This document shows, in pieces, positions 16,400-24,672 of a stretch of DNA of 24,672 nt. The notes below the pieces were generated by a model. It worked only from the letters and a program-made list of their open reading frames with translations, did no database searches and was not told the origin of the DNA. Position 1 is the stretch's first letter. Each line of letters begins with the position of its first letter. Both the position numbers and the translations under genes were made by a program. The stretch comes from a virus. Lineage: Duplodnaviria; Caudoviricetes. The DNA is taken from positions 1 through 24,672 of the IMG/VR virus record IMGVR_UViG_3300025390_000037, one strand, 5' to 3'.

Positions 16400-16649
16400 A
16401 CCTTTGAGAGATCGAGTGGTTGTGAAGCCGTTGGTCAGAAACATATCTGACATAATCTATGTTGATAATAAAGAACCCTTTAATGAAGGTACTATTGTTG
16501 CTATTGGGCCATTGGTCGATCAGGCAATGGTTGGTGACTTTATTAAGTATGGGAACGGTGATTATCTTAACTGGCCTGTTCAGAGAATAGACGGTCAAGA
16601 CTATCAAATTATCCAAGAGGCAGATATATGCGCCATTCTAGAGGAGTGA
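16392..16649 (+). CDS. groES: GroES/Cpn10 co-chaperonin
   Basis: MLKPLRDRVVVKP, GTIVAIGP, VGD and YQIIQEADICAILE; start at 16392. Confidence 0.85.
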   Translation: MLKPLRDRVVVKPLVRNISDIIYVDNKEPFNEGTIVAIGPLVDQAMVGDFIKYGNGDYLNWPVQRIDGQDYQIIQEADICAILEE

Positions 16650-16651
16650 TT

Positions 16652-16816
16652 ATGTTTGAGACTACAGACAGAGATTTCAGATACGAAGTTGCACGTTACG
16701 CTATTGACCAAGTTGGCCCTGAAACAACAGATTGGGTAGAGTTGGCTGACTTGCTAGTAGCTTTTGCTGAAGACGAGATTGAGTGGGAAGAAGACGAGGA
16801 AGATGATGGCGAGTAA
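16652..16816 (+). CDS. Acidic small hypothetical protein
   Basis: GAGGAG RBS; start MFETTD. Confidence 0.6.
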   Translation: MFETTDRDFRYEVARYAIDQVGPETTDWVELADLLVAFAEDEIEWEEDEEDDGE

Positions 16817-16970
16817 ACCTGGACTTTATGCAAATATCCACGCTAAACAGGCTCGGATAGCAGAGGAGAAGGCCAAAGGTGAGAAGGTAGAGCGTATGCG
16901 TAAACCTGGCACTAAAGGCGCTCCTACTGCTAAAGCGTTCAAAGATAGCGCAAAGACGGCAAAGAAATGA
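16803..16970 (+). CDS. Small basic phage protein
   Basis: KPGLYANIHAK...MRKPGTKGAPTAKAFKDSAKTAKK. Confidence 0.7.
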   Translation: MMASKPGLYANIHAKQARIAEEKAKGEKVERMRKPGTKGAPTAKAFKDSAKTAKK

Positions 16971-17239
16971 AAAAACACGACAAACCTATTGAGCATAAGA
17001 CCACAGGGAAAGGTAAGACCTACAACCCTACGGACAAAGGCGCTGGTATGACTGCCAAAGGAAGGGCAGAGTACAACGCTAAGAATGGCTCAAACTTGAA
17101 AGCACCTGCCCCAAACCCCAAGACTAAAAAAGACGAGGGGCGTAAGGCATCTTTTTGTGCCCGCATGGAAGGGGTAGTAAAGAACGCTAAAGGGCCTGCA
17201 GAAAGGGCTAAAGCATCATTAAAGAACTGGAACTGTTAA
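16967..17239 (+). CDS. Small basic phage protein (DUF6321-like)
   Basis: GMTAKGRAEYN...GSNLKAP...RKASFCARMEG...WNC. Confidence 0.7.
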   Translation: MKKHDKPIEHKTTGKGKTYNPTDKGAGMTAKGRAEYNAKNGSNLKAPAPNPKTKKDEGRKASFCARMEGVVKNAKGPAERAKASLKNWNC

Positions 17240-17392
17240 ATGCCACTAATCAAAGGTAAGTCTGAGAAGACTCAAAAGAAAAACATCGAAACCGAAGTAA
17301 AAGCCGGTAAACCCATCAAACAAGCGGTAGCGATCAGTTACGCCATCAAACGTGAAGCAGTTAAAAAGACAGAAAAGAAAGGTAAAAAATAA
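17240..17392 (+). CDS. Small basic protein (50 aa), not in ORF track
   Basis: MPLIKGKSEKTQKKNIETEVKAGKPIKQAVAISYAIKRE... Confidence 0.7.
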   Translation: MPLIKGKSEKTQKKNIETEVKAGKPIKQAVAISYAIKREAVKKTEKKGKK

Positions 17393-17550
17393 TGTTTAAC
17401 TTTACACATTCAACCCAAGAGGTTAATTTGGTCATCCAAGCACTTGAGCACAAGATTAGAGACTTGACTGAGTTGTTGAACAAAATGGTTCAGAACGCAC
17501 AAGCTCAAGCCCCCAAGCCTGAAGTTCAAGAAGCACCAAAGGCTGAATGA
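17392..17550 (+). CDS. Small coiled-coil protein (52 aa), not in ORF track
   Basis: MFNFTHSTQEVNLVIQALEHKIRDL...; TAATG and ATGA overlaps. Confidence 0.65.
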   Translation: MFNFTHSTQEVNLVIQALEHKIRDLTELLNKMVQNAQAQAPKPEVQEAPKAE

Positions 17551-17939
17551 TGCCAGGAGGACGCCCAACCGATTACGATGAGTCATTCTGCGATAAAGTC
17601 GTGGAGTTGGGCGCTATGGGTAAGTCTGTAGAGCAAATAGCCAAAGAACTAGGCTTTGCTATTAGAACTTTATACTTATGGAGAGATACTTATCCACAGT
17701 TTATGCAAGCCTTAAACACAGCTAAGGAATTAGAGCAAGCATGGTGGGAAGATCAAGCTCAAGCGTATATGTTAGAGCACAAAGATGGGCCAAAACTGAA
17801 CGCAACATTGTGGTCTAGGTCGATGGCTGCTAGGTTTCCTAAGAAGTATAGAGATAACTCTAAGATTGAGTTGACTGGTGAAGGTGGAGCGCCATTGATT
17901 CCACACATACAAGTTAGTTTTGTAAAGCCCAATGAATGA
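17547..17939 (+). CDS. terS: Terminase small subunit
   Basis: GRPTDY start, HTH (SVEQIAKELGFAIRTLYLW), directly upstream of terL. Confidence 0.85.
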   Translation: MMPGGRPTDYDESFCDKVVELGAMGKSVEQIAKELGFAIRTLYLWRDTYPQFMQALNTAKELEQAWWEDQAQAYMLEHKDGPKLNATLWSRSMAARFPKKYRDNSKIELTGEGGAPLIPHIQVSFVKPNE

Positions 17940-19212
17940 AATTCAAGAGGCGATAAGTAGGGCAGAGTTTCCCCAAAAACTCCAATGTTTATTTGTTCCT
18001 GAAAAAGCTCGCTATCGCACGATCTATGGCGGTCGTGGGGGTGGCAAATCTCACTCGGTCGCAAAAGCGCTATTGGTCAAGGGAGCAATGGCAACCTTAC
18101 GCATTTTGTGTGCTCGTGAGTTCCAAACGTCTATTAGGGATTCTGTACACAAACTACTGTGCGACCAAATCGAGTTATTGGGTTTGTCAACGTTTTACGA
18201 AATAACCCAAAATTCTATACGAGGTAAAAATGGTACAGAGTTTGCCTTTGTTGGGTTGAAGAATAACATTGCTAACGTAAAATCATTTGAAGGAATAGAC
18301 ATTTGTTGGGTGGAGGAGGCCCAAACGGTTTCAAGAATGTCATGGAACATATTGATTCCAACGATCCGAAAAGAGGATTCTGAAATATGGATCACGTTTA
18401 ACCCAGAGTTAGAAACGGACGAAACCTATCAACGCTTTATTGTCAATGCGCCTGAAAATTCCGTAGTTGCCAAGGTCAATTGGTCTGACAATCCTTGGTT
18501 TCCTGAAACGCTACGACTAGAGAAAGACGCACTAAGAGCAAGAGACCCAGAGGCCTATAACACGGTTTGGGAGGGTCTATGTAGGCAAACGGTAGATGGC
18601 GCTATCTTTGCCAAAGAAATCCAATTTGCAGAGCTAGATGGGCGCATCACTAGAGTGCCTTATGACGCTACAAAGCCTGTACACGCCATTTTTGACCTTG
18701 GGTGGAGTGATGCTACTGCCATTTGGTTTATGCAGTTTGTAGGCATGGAAAATAGGCTTATAAGGTACTTTGAGACTAACCAAGAAACCATGTCTAGCAT
18801 CCTCAATAAGATGCAAGGATTTGGGTATATCTACGATACTTTGTGGCTACCCCATGACGCAGAGAACAAAACTTTGGCTGGAAATGGTCGAAGTATTGAA
18901 GAAATTGTACGAAATTTGGGTTATAAGACTAGAATAGTGCCTAAAGTACCAATTGTGGATTCCATTAACGCTGCGAGAACTATTTTCAGTAACTGTTACT
19001 TTGATCGTGAGAACTGCCATCAAGGGCTAGAAGCTCTGAGGCATTATCGCTATGAAGTAGACCCTGATACTGGGATGTTCTCTAAGACGCCTTTACATGA
19101 CAATTACAGTCATGGAGCAGATGCGTTTAGGTACATTGGGCTAATGATTAGCGAGCCTAAAAAAGTCGTTAAGAAAGCGCCTGTAAATATTCAATCTTCT
19201 TGGATGGGTTAA
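17932..19212 (+). CDS. terL: Terminase large subunit (PBSX-like)
   Basis: Walker A YGGRGGGKS, Walker B ICWVEEA, TFNP, nuclease DLGWSD and HGADAFRY. Confidence 0.95.
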   Translation: MNEIQEAISRAEFPQKLQCLFVPEKARYRTIYGGRGGGKSHSVAKALLVKGAMATLRILCAREFQTSIRDSVHKLLCDQIELLGLSTFYEITQNSIRGKNGTEFAFVGLKNNIANVKSFEGIDICWVEEAQTVSRMSWNILIPTIRKEDSEIWITFNPELETDETYQRFIVNAPENSVVAKVNWSDNPWFPETLRLEKDALRARDPEAYNTVWEGLCRQTVDGAIFAKEIQFAELDGRITRVPYDATKPVHAIFDLGWSDATAIWFMQFVGMENRLIRYFETNQETMSSILNKMQGFGYIYDTLWLPHDAENKTLAGNGRSIEEIVRNLGYKTRIVPKVPIVDSINAARTIFSNCYFDRENCHQGLEALRHYRYEVDPDTGMFSKTPLHDNYSHGADAFRYIGLMISEPKKVVKKAPVNIQSSWMG

Positions 19213-19214
19213 AC

Positions 19215-21293
19215 ATGGTAGATGATCTTGAATCTAGCGACTTAATAGCAGACGCACAAGCCTTTTTGCACTTATGTGTAGAGGCAGATATGATGAACCG
19301 TACTGAGGCGCTAGAAGACCTTAGATTTAGCGCTGGTGACCAATGGCCTGTTGAGATTCAAAACTCACGCACTTTAGAGTCACGCCCATGTCTAACTATT
19401 AACAAGGTAGACGCATATTGTCGACAGATTACTAACAACATACGCCAACAACGCCCACGCATCAAGGTTCATGGTGTAAACAATGAATCTGATGAGAAGA
19501 TGGCAGACATCCTCACCGGCATTTGTAGGCACATCGAGGTCAACTCAGACGCAGACCAAGCCTATGATAACGCTGCAGACTACGCAGTTCGCATGGGTTG
19601 GGGTTTTATTAGGGTCAATACAGACTATGTAAGAGAAGATTCTTTTGACCAAGAAATCTACATCAAGTCAATAATGAACCCATTTACGGTTTATTTTGAT
19701 CCTAATTCCATATTGCCTGACGGTTCAGACGCAGAGAAAGTTCTAATTACTGAGGTTATTTCTAAGAAGCAATTTAAGGATATGTACCCTGACGCAGACG
19801 AGGGTGTTCAGTTCAACCAAAGGGGAGCTGGGGACACAAATGCAGAATGGGTGATGAAAGAAGATATTCGCATCGCAGAATACTTCTATACAGTACGCAC
19901 AAAAACCAAGTTATTGCTTTTGGCAGATGGGTCAAAAATATACAAAGACTTGTATAAAGGTGACCCAAATTTAATCATCGACCAAAGGGACACGGTCAAG
20001 AAAGAAATCCGTTGGGCAAAGCTCACAGGGATGCAAATCCTAGAAGAAGGCGTGTGGGCAGGTCGTTATATCCCTATCGTTCCTGTTTACGGTCACCAAT
20101 TGATCGTTGAGAACAAGCGCAAAAAGTTTGGTTTGGTGCGCCAGGCTAAAGACCCACAAAGGATGTACAACTTTTGGCAAACGTCAATGACTGAATCCGT
20201 GGCTTTAGCGCCTAAACCTAAGTGGTTGTTGGCAGAAGGTCAAGACGAGGGCCATGAGAACGAGTGGGCACAAGCTAACGTTAAATCTGCGCCTGTGCTC
20301 AGATATAAGCAAGTGGACATCGAGGGCAGACCAGCTCCTGTTCCTACTCGCATCCAACCTGAAGCGCCTCCTGCGGGCATTATGACCGCCTCTGCCCAAG
20401 TTTCTATGGACTTGCAAGCAGTTATTGGCATTGTTGATCCTAACCAATTGCCCCAAGGTAACATTTCAGGCAAGGCTTTGAACGGTCAACAACAACAAGT
20501 TGATTTGTCAAACTACCACTTTTACGACAATTTAACTCGTTCTATTCGTCACATTGGTAAAATCATCCTAGATTTAGTGCCTAAGATTTACGACACAGAG
20601 CGTGTGATGCGTATCATTGGTGACGATGGTAAGCCTGACTTGGTGACCCTAAACACACCTGGAACTGACGAGTTTGGCATCAATAAGATACTGAATGACG
20701 TAACGGTTGGTGAGTATGATGTGGTGATGGACACAGGCCCAGGGTATAACTCCAAGCGCCAAGAGGCAGTTCAAGCCATGATGCCCTTGTTTAGCGCAGA
20801 CCCACAACTTATGCAAGTCGCTGGTGACTTATTTATTCGCAATATGGACTTCCCAGGTGCTCAAGTCATCGCAGATCGTTTGGCAGTCAATAACCCATTG
20901 GCTAACATTGACAATAAATCTGCTATTCCCCCACAAGTTCAGATGCAATTGGCTCAGTCTCAACAACAAACTCAAGCCTTGCAACAACAGATTCAACAGT
21001 TGCAGATGGCTATGAAGCAACGCCAAGACATTGAAAGTGTCAAACAAGACGCAGAAACTAAGCGTGAACTCATGCGTCAGACTGCCAAGGCGCACAACAC
21101 AGAATCTATGCTTGAAGCTCGTGTACACGATGTGAACACCAAAGCAATTACAAGCCAAAACAAGACAGAAATTGAGTCAATCATGGAGTTGTTGTTGCAC
21201 CACATGGACACAGGGCGTTTAGAGCGTGAAATCGCTGCTAGAAACGCTGAACAGTACCAATATGCAAACCAATCTGTTCAATCCATAAGTTGA
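19215..21293 (+). CDS. Portal protein, P22-like
   Basis: GDQWP, RPCLTINK, KDPQRMYN, ISGKAL, YDVVMDTGPGYNSKRQE and a Gln-rich C-terminal coiled coil; start probably MVDD at 19215. Confidence 0.92.
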   Translation: MVDDLESSDLIADAQAFLHLCVEADMMNRTEALEDLRFSAGDQWPVEIQNSRTLESRPCLTINKVDAYCRQITNNIRQQRPRIKVHGVNNESDEKMADILTGICRHIEVNSDADQAYDNAADYAVRMGWGFIRVNTDYVREDSFDQEIYIKSIMNPFTVYFDPNSILPDGSDAEKVLITEVISKKQFKDMYPDADEGVQFNQRGAGDTNAEWVMKEDIRIAEYFYTVRTKTKLLLLADGSKIYKDLYKGDPNLIIDQRDTVKKEIRWAKLTGMQILEEGVWAGRYIPIVPVYGHQLIVENKRKKFGLVRQAKDPQRMYNFWQTSMTESVALAPKPKWLLAEGQDEGHENEWAQANVKSAPVLRYKQVDIEGRPAPVPTRIQPEAPPAGIMTASAQVSMDLQAVIGIVDPNQLPQGNISGKALNGQQQQVDLSNYHFYDNLTRSIRHIGKIILDLVPKIYDTERVMRIIGDDGKPDLVTLNTPGTDEFGINKILNDVTVGEYDVVMDTGPGYNSKRQEAVQAMMPLFSADPQLMQVAGDLFIRNMDFPGAQVIADRLAVNNPLANIDNKSAIPPQVQMQLAQSQQQTQALQQQIQQLQMAMKQRQDIESVKQDAETKRELMRQTAKAHNTESMLEARVHDVNTKAITSQNKTEIESIMELLLHHMDTGRLEREIAARNAEQYQYANQSVQSIS

Positions 21294-21351
21294 CAAAATA
21301 AGCATTTCGTGTTAAAAACACAAAACCTTACCTATGAGGTTCATAGGGTAA
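21290..21351 (+). promoter_or_regulatory. Possible promoter and leader hairpin of the scaffold gene
   Basis: TTGACA 21290-21295, 17 nt, TAAAAA; hairpin CCTATGA-ggt-TCATAGG at 21331-21347 before the GAGGA RBS. Confidence 0.4.
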
Positions 21352-21367
21352 ATTCTTGAGGAAACTC

Positions 21368-22237
21368 ATGTCTGAAAAAGAAGCGAGCCAAGTGCTCACA
21401 AGTGAAAATTCTGGTGATTTTTATGCTCAAAAATTGGGTTTAGCTAACGAGACACCTGTAGAAGCTGCAGAACCTACAGAACCTCCAAAGAGTGAACCTG
21501 AAGCGTTAGAAGAACCAAAACCAACAGAAGAACCGAAGCCCAATAAACTTGAAAAGAGGTTTTCTGACATAACAAAGCAACGTGAGATGGCTCGTCAAGA
21601 AGCTGAACGAGAGCGTCAACGTGCTAGTGAGTTGGAAGCTAGGTTGAGAGAACTTGAGGCCAAGATTTCGCCAAAGCCTAATCTTGATGAGGAGCCAAGG
21701 CCTGACCAGTTTCAGGACGCATTTGAGTATGCAAAGGCTTTAGCTGAGTTTTCAACCGAGAAAGCGTTAAAGCAACGTGACCAGCAAGAGGTAGAGAGAA
21801 GGCAAGCGGAGGAACGTGCCAAAACATTTGAGGCATGGAACAAACGCCAAGCAGAGATCAAAGCCGAGTTGCCTGATTACGATGACATGATTGCATCTAG
21901 TGAGGTTGTTGTGAGCGACCAAGTTAGAGATGCGATTTTCGAGAGTGATGTAGGCCCAAGAATCCTATACCACTTAGCAGAAAATCCTGAAATAGCTGAA
22001 AAGCTAGGCAAGATGTCAACGCTAGGCGCTTTACGAGAAATTGGGAAGTTAGAGGCAAGGCTTGAAAAAGCTCCTCAAGAAGAAGTGAAACCTGTTGTGA
22101 AATCAAACGCACCGAAACCGATTAGCCCTATTCGTGCTTCTAGTGCTGCTACAGATACCAATGTTGACTCCAATGGTGAGTTTCATGGTACTTATCAGCA
22201 ATGGAAAGAACAAAGACAGGCTAAGAAGATTAGGTAA
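21368..22237 (+). CDS. Capsid scaffolding protein
   Basis: Acidic/Pro-rich N-terminus, long coiled coil and basic C-terminal tail; lies between portal and capsid genes. Confidence 0.85.
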   Translation: MSEKEASQVLTSENSGDFYAQKLGLANETPVEAAEPTEPPKSEPEALEEPKPTEEPKPNKLEKRFSDITKQREMARQEAERERQRASELEARLRELEAKISPKPNLDEEPRPDQFQDAFEYAKALAEFSTEKALKQRDQQEVERRQAEERAKTFEAWNKRQAEIKAELPDYDDMIASSEVVVSDQVRDAIFESDVGPRILYHLAENPEIAEKLGKMSTLGALREIGKLEARLEKAPQEEVKPVVKSNAPKPISPIRASSAATDTNVDSNGEFHGTYQQWKEQRQAKKIR

Positions 22238-22266
22238 AACTTTTTTCTTTTTAAAGGATATAAATC

Positions 22267-22419
22267 ATGGCAAATAATCTGCTTACCATATCCAAGATCA
22301 CCAATGAAGCGTTGATGGTCTTGGAAAATGAGTTGACTTTTACATCAGAGGTCGATAGAAATTACGATGACCAATTTGCGGTTGTCGGAGCTAAAATCGG
22401 TAATACCGTAAACGTCCGT
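22267..22419 (+). CDS. Major capsid protein (P22 coat-like), exon 1
   Basis: AAGGA RBS; MANNLLTISKITNEALMVLENELTFTSEVDRNYDDQFAVVGAKIGNTVNVR followed by TAA; missing from the ORF track. Confidence 0.9.
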
Positions 22420-22641
22420 TAAGAGTCTGCGGACGAAAAACCCTTTCTGATTGACTTGGACGCCTAGAAGTAGGTTACAAGGGGCAAGCAAGAGAAATCT
22501 GTGCAGCCTGAACGACTAAGTGAAGGGGCGCTAAAGAAATTTAGTGATGCGATAGTCTGACCTACCGTATAACAAAGGAAGCGGTAGAGAGAAATCCGAA
22601 GCGGTTTCTCCCGCAGAGATGCGAGTAACAATTGACCTGTG
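22420..22641 (+). ncRNA. Group I self-splicing intron (222 nt, no ORF)
   Basis: P1 CGTCCGT/GCGGACG with U-G at the splice site; P10 GTCT/AGAC; P3 CCCTTTC/GAAGGGG; P7 GACTA/TAGTC; P8 GAAA hairpin; P9 helices; terminal G at 22641. Removal restores the reading frame. Confidence 0.9.
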
Positions 22642-23742
22642 AGACCAGGTCGCTTTATCGGTACAACTGGCCCTGCTTTGAACGTTGAAGACTTCAACGA
22701 GACTAGCGTTCCTGTGACTTTGAGCACTCAATTCCACGTTGACACTCAATTCACCACGCAAGACTTGGCTTTGTCTCTCGATATGTTTAGCGACCGTGTG
22801 CTTAAGCCCGCAGTTGCAGCTATCGCCAACAAGATTGACCGTGACGGTTTGGTCATGGCTAATCTGAACACCGCCAACATCGTTGGTACACCTGGTACAC
22901 CTCCCACAGGTTTGATTACATACTTGACTGGTCAAGCGTATTTGGACTCTGAAGGTGCTCCTCGTGACGGACGTAGATCATGTATCGTTGAGCCTTTCAC
23001 TTCTGCAACCATTGTTGACTCATTGAAGGGACTTTTTGTTCCCCAAGAGGCAATTGGCGAGCAATACAGGAAAGGGCTTATGGGCCGAGACAGCGGCGGC
23101 ATGAACTGGCGTCTCGATCAAAACGTTGTAGCCCAAGGTTTTGGATTCTGGACAGGTTCTACTGCTGGTTCTATCACCGTTAACGGTTCTAACCAAGGTC
23201 TCGCATCAGGTTGGGCGCAAACTTCTACCATCAACATTACTGCAACTGCAACAGGTACATTGAACCCTGGTGACGTTATCAATTTTGCTGGTGTGTACGC
23301 AGTTAACCCCCAAAACCGTCAAGCGTATGGTTCTAACAAGTTGCGTAATTTTGTTGTTAAATCAGCAGTTGCGTTGACTAACGGAAACACAAGCGTGACA
23401 GTTAGCCCCGCTTTGATCTACGGTGGACAGTTCCAAAACGTAACTGCTTCTCCCACATCAGGCGTTGCAGTAACACCTTACCAAATCGGTGTGTCTTCCA
23501 ACTCTGTGTACTCTCCCCAAAACATTATCATGCACCGCAATGCTTTCACATTGGCAGTCGCTGATCTTGAGTTGCCCGAGGGTGTTCACTTTGCTGGTCG
23601 TGCAAGCGACAAGGAAATTGGATTGTCAATGCGTGTTGTGCGTCAGTACACCATCAACAATGACTCAATCCCAACTCGTCTTGACGTTCTTTATGGATGG
23701 GCACCGCTCTATCCTGAACTCGCTTGCAGAGTTGCAGCTTAA
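22642..23742 (+). CDS. Major capsid protein (P22 coat-like), exon 2; spliced product 417 aa
   Basis: RPGRFIG...LKPAVAAIANKID...GDVINFAGVYAVNP...RLDVLYGW is typical of P22 gp5-like coats. Confidence 0.92.
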   Translation, partial: RPGRFIGTTGPALNVEDFNETSVPVTLSTQFHVDTQFTTQDLALSLDMFSDRVLKPAVAAIANKIDRDGLVMANLNTANIVGTPGTPPTGLITYLTGQAYLDSEGAPRDGRRSCIVEPFTSATIVDSLKGLFVPQEAIGEQYRKGLMGRDSGGMNWRLDQNVVAQGFGFWTGSTAGSITVNGSNQGLASGWAQTSTINITATATGTLNPGDVINFAGVYAVNPQNRQAYGSNKLRNFVVKSAVALTNGNTSVTVSPALIYGGQFQNVTASPTSGVAVTPYQIGVSSNSVYSPQNIIMHRNAFTLAVADLELPEGVHFAGRASDKEIGLSMRVVRQYTINNDSIPTRLDVLYGWAPLYPELACRVAA

Positions 23743-23763
23743 TTAACCCAAGGAGATTAAATT

Positions 23764-24204
23764 ATGGCAAATCCAGGACCAGCAACCACAGTAAGCAATC
23801 ACCCACAAAACTTGGCTACAAACCAAGCGTTGCGTTTGATTGCATCTGCACAATCCGTTAACTTGTCACAAGCCGGTGATACCGCTATGACAGTTATTGA
23901 CGTTAGTAAATTTGTACCAGTTAGCGTAATCATCACCAATGGCTTGAACTCTAGTGGTAACACAACCACTATTGCTACTGCTACTGTTGGCGTTTACACA
24001 AACACAGGTGCAACAGGTTCGACCGTATTGACTACCGCTGCTTTAACTAGCAACACAGGTGGCCCTTATGTGACAATCTCTAGCGCAACAAATGCAAACA
24101 CCGCTATTTCTAGCTTCTCCAATATGTACGTTAATGTTGGAACTACGATTGCAGCGACTTGTGACGTATTTGTTTATGGCTATGACCTCACATTTTTACC
24201 TTAA
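23764..24204 (+). CDS. Putative capsid decoration/structural protein
   Basis: AAGGAG RBS; Thr/Ala-rich beta protein directly after the coat gene and before a terminator. Confidence 0.6.
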   Translation: MANPGPATTVSNHPQNLATNQALRLIASAQSVNLSQAGDTAMTVIDVSKFVPVSVIITNGLNSSGNTTTIATATVGVYTNTGATGSTVLTTAALTSNTGGPYVTISSATNANTAISSFSNMYVNVGTTIAATCDVFVYGYDLTFLP

Positions 24205-24223
24205 TTTGTGAGTAAATAAGGAA

Positions 24224-24253
24224 AAGGCCATCCTCAAAAGGGGTGGCTTTTTT
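24224..24253 (+). terminator. Rho-independent terminator
   Basis: AGGCCATCCT-loop-GGGGTGGCTT followed by a T run. Confidence 0.8.
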
Positions 24254-24294
24254 CGCTTTTAAGATACAATAAATCATTCTTTAAAGGAATAACC

Positions 24295-24618
24295 ATGTCA
24301 AAAACTACCATTTGTCGTGGAAATGTTATAGCGCATACAATTTGCCAATTAACATTACCCGCCACAACCTTTTCTACTACAACCACAGAAGTTACGATTG
24401 CTTGCCCTGGTGTTAAAGCCACGGACAAGATTCAAGTTCAAGTTGACGCAGCGATGACTGTAGGTGTTGGTATTGGCAATGCTTATACAAACGCAGACAA
24501 TCAAATTACTGTTCGTTTGATGAACTTGACAGGAACTTCAGTAACACAAGCTGCTGCTACATTGTTGGTTAGCGTTAAATCTTGTGAAGATAATCCTTTG
24601 CCTGTTAACGTGGTCTAA
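24295..24618 (+). CDS. Putative virion structural protein
   Basis: 107-aa beta-rich ORF with AAGGA RBS in the head module. Confidence 0.6.
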   Translation: MSKTTICRGNVIAHTICQLTLPATTFSTTTTEVTIACPGVKATDKIQVQVDAAMTVGVGIGNAYTNADNQITVRLMNLTGTSVTQAAATLLVSVKSCEDNPLPVNVV

Positions 24619-24620
24619 AA

Positions 24621-24672
24621 ATGTCAAATACATCAGTATTTAGAATTGCTGGCCCAACTAGCGCTATTAGTG
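24621..24672 (+). CDS. Partial ORF running off the window
   Basis: MSNTSVFRIAGPTSAIS..., starting 2 nt after the previous stop. Confidence 0.55.
   Translation, partial: MSNTSVFRIAGPTSAIS

Noticed and set aside
17690-17698. Second TTATCCACA DnaA box
   Set aside because: It lies inside terS coding sequence (TYPQ) and is isolated, so probably chance.
22420-22422. Stop-codon reassignment or readthrough as the explanation for the split capsid
   Set aside because: The insert is a multiple of three but folds as an intron and contains further in-frame stops; other genes are intact under the standard bacterial code.
22464-22935. Minus-strand ORFs over the intron as a homing endonuclease
   Set aside because: They are antisense, have no LAGLIDADG, GIY-YIG or HNH motifs, and overlap the capsid exon.
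22639-23742. ORF-track capsid starting at GTG 22639 as a complete gene
   Set aside because: No clear RBS and it lacks the coat N-terminus, which is encoded at 22267-22419; the GTG is the intron's 3' end.
740-24428. Numerous short antisense and alternate-frame ORFs in the track (e.g. 740-925, 3050-3250, 7828-8130, 9857-10153, 20205-21158)
   Set aside because: They are shadows of well-supported genes with no motifs or RBS; only the 9805-10548 overlap carries independent motif evidence.
1-24672. tRNA, rRNA, integrase or transposase genes
   Set aside because: None recognised by eye; lifestyle (temperate or lytic) and host cannot be determined from this window.

Overview
This 24.7 kb window is part of a tailed dsDNA phage genome with a P22-like podovirus morphogenesis module. 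In order it holds: a partial cupin-like gene, three putative DNA-ejection proteins, a tail/receptor-binding protein, a lysis cassette (small membrane proteins, holin-like gene, M15 peptidase endolysin), a GNAT plus metallophosphoesterase pair, a leftward operon (nucleases, C5 DNA methyltransferase, replication protein), a divergent rightward early operon (ERF, YqaJ exonuclease, SSB-like, many small ORFs), GroES, terminases, portal, scaffold, major capsid and head accessory genes. No integrase, clear repressor, tRNA or CRISPR array was seen. Four features are missed or obscured by the ORF track. (1) A 222-nt ORF-less group I intron splits the major capsid gene (22420-22641). (2) A candidate programmed -1 frameshift (A_AAA_AAG plus hairpin) in a lysis-cassette gene adds a transmembrane tail. 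(3) A C5 methyltransferase appears to be encoded by two almost fully overlapping reading frames. (4) A roughly 390-nt structured non-coding region lies upstream of the replication gene. All calls come from reading the sequence and recalling family motifs; no searches were run.
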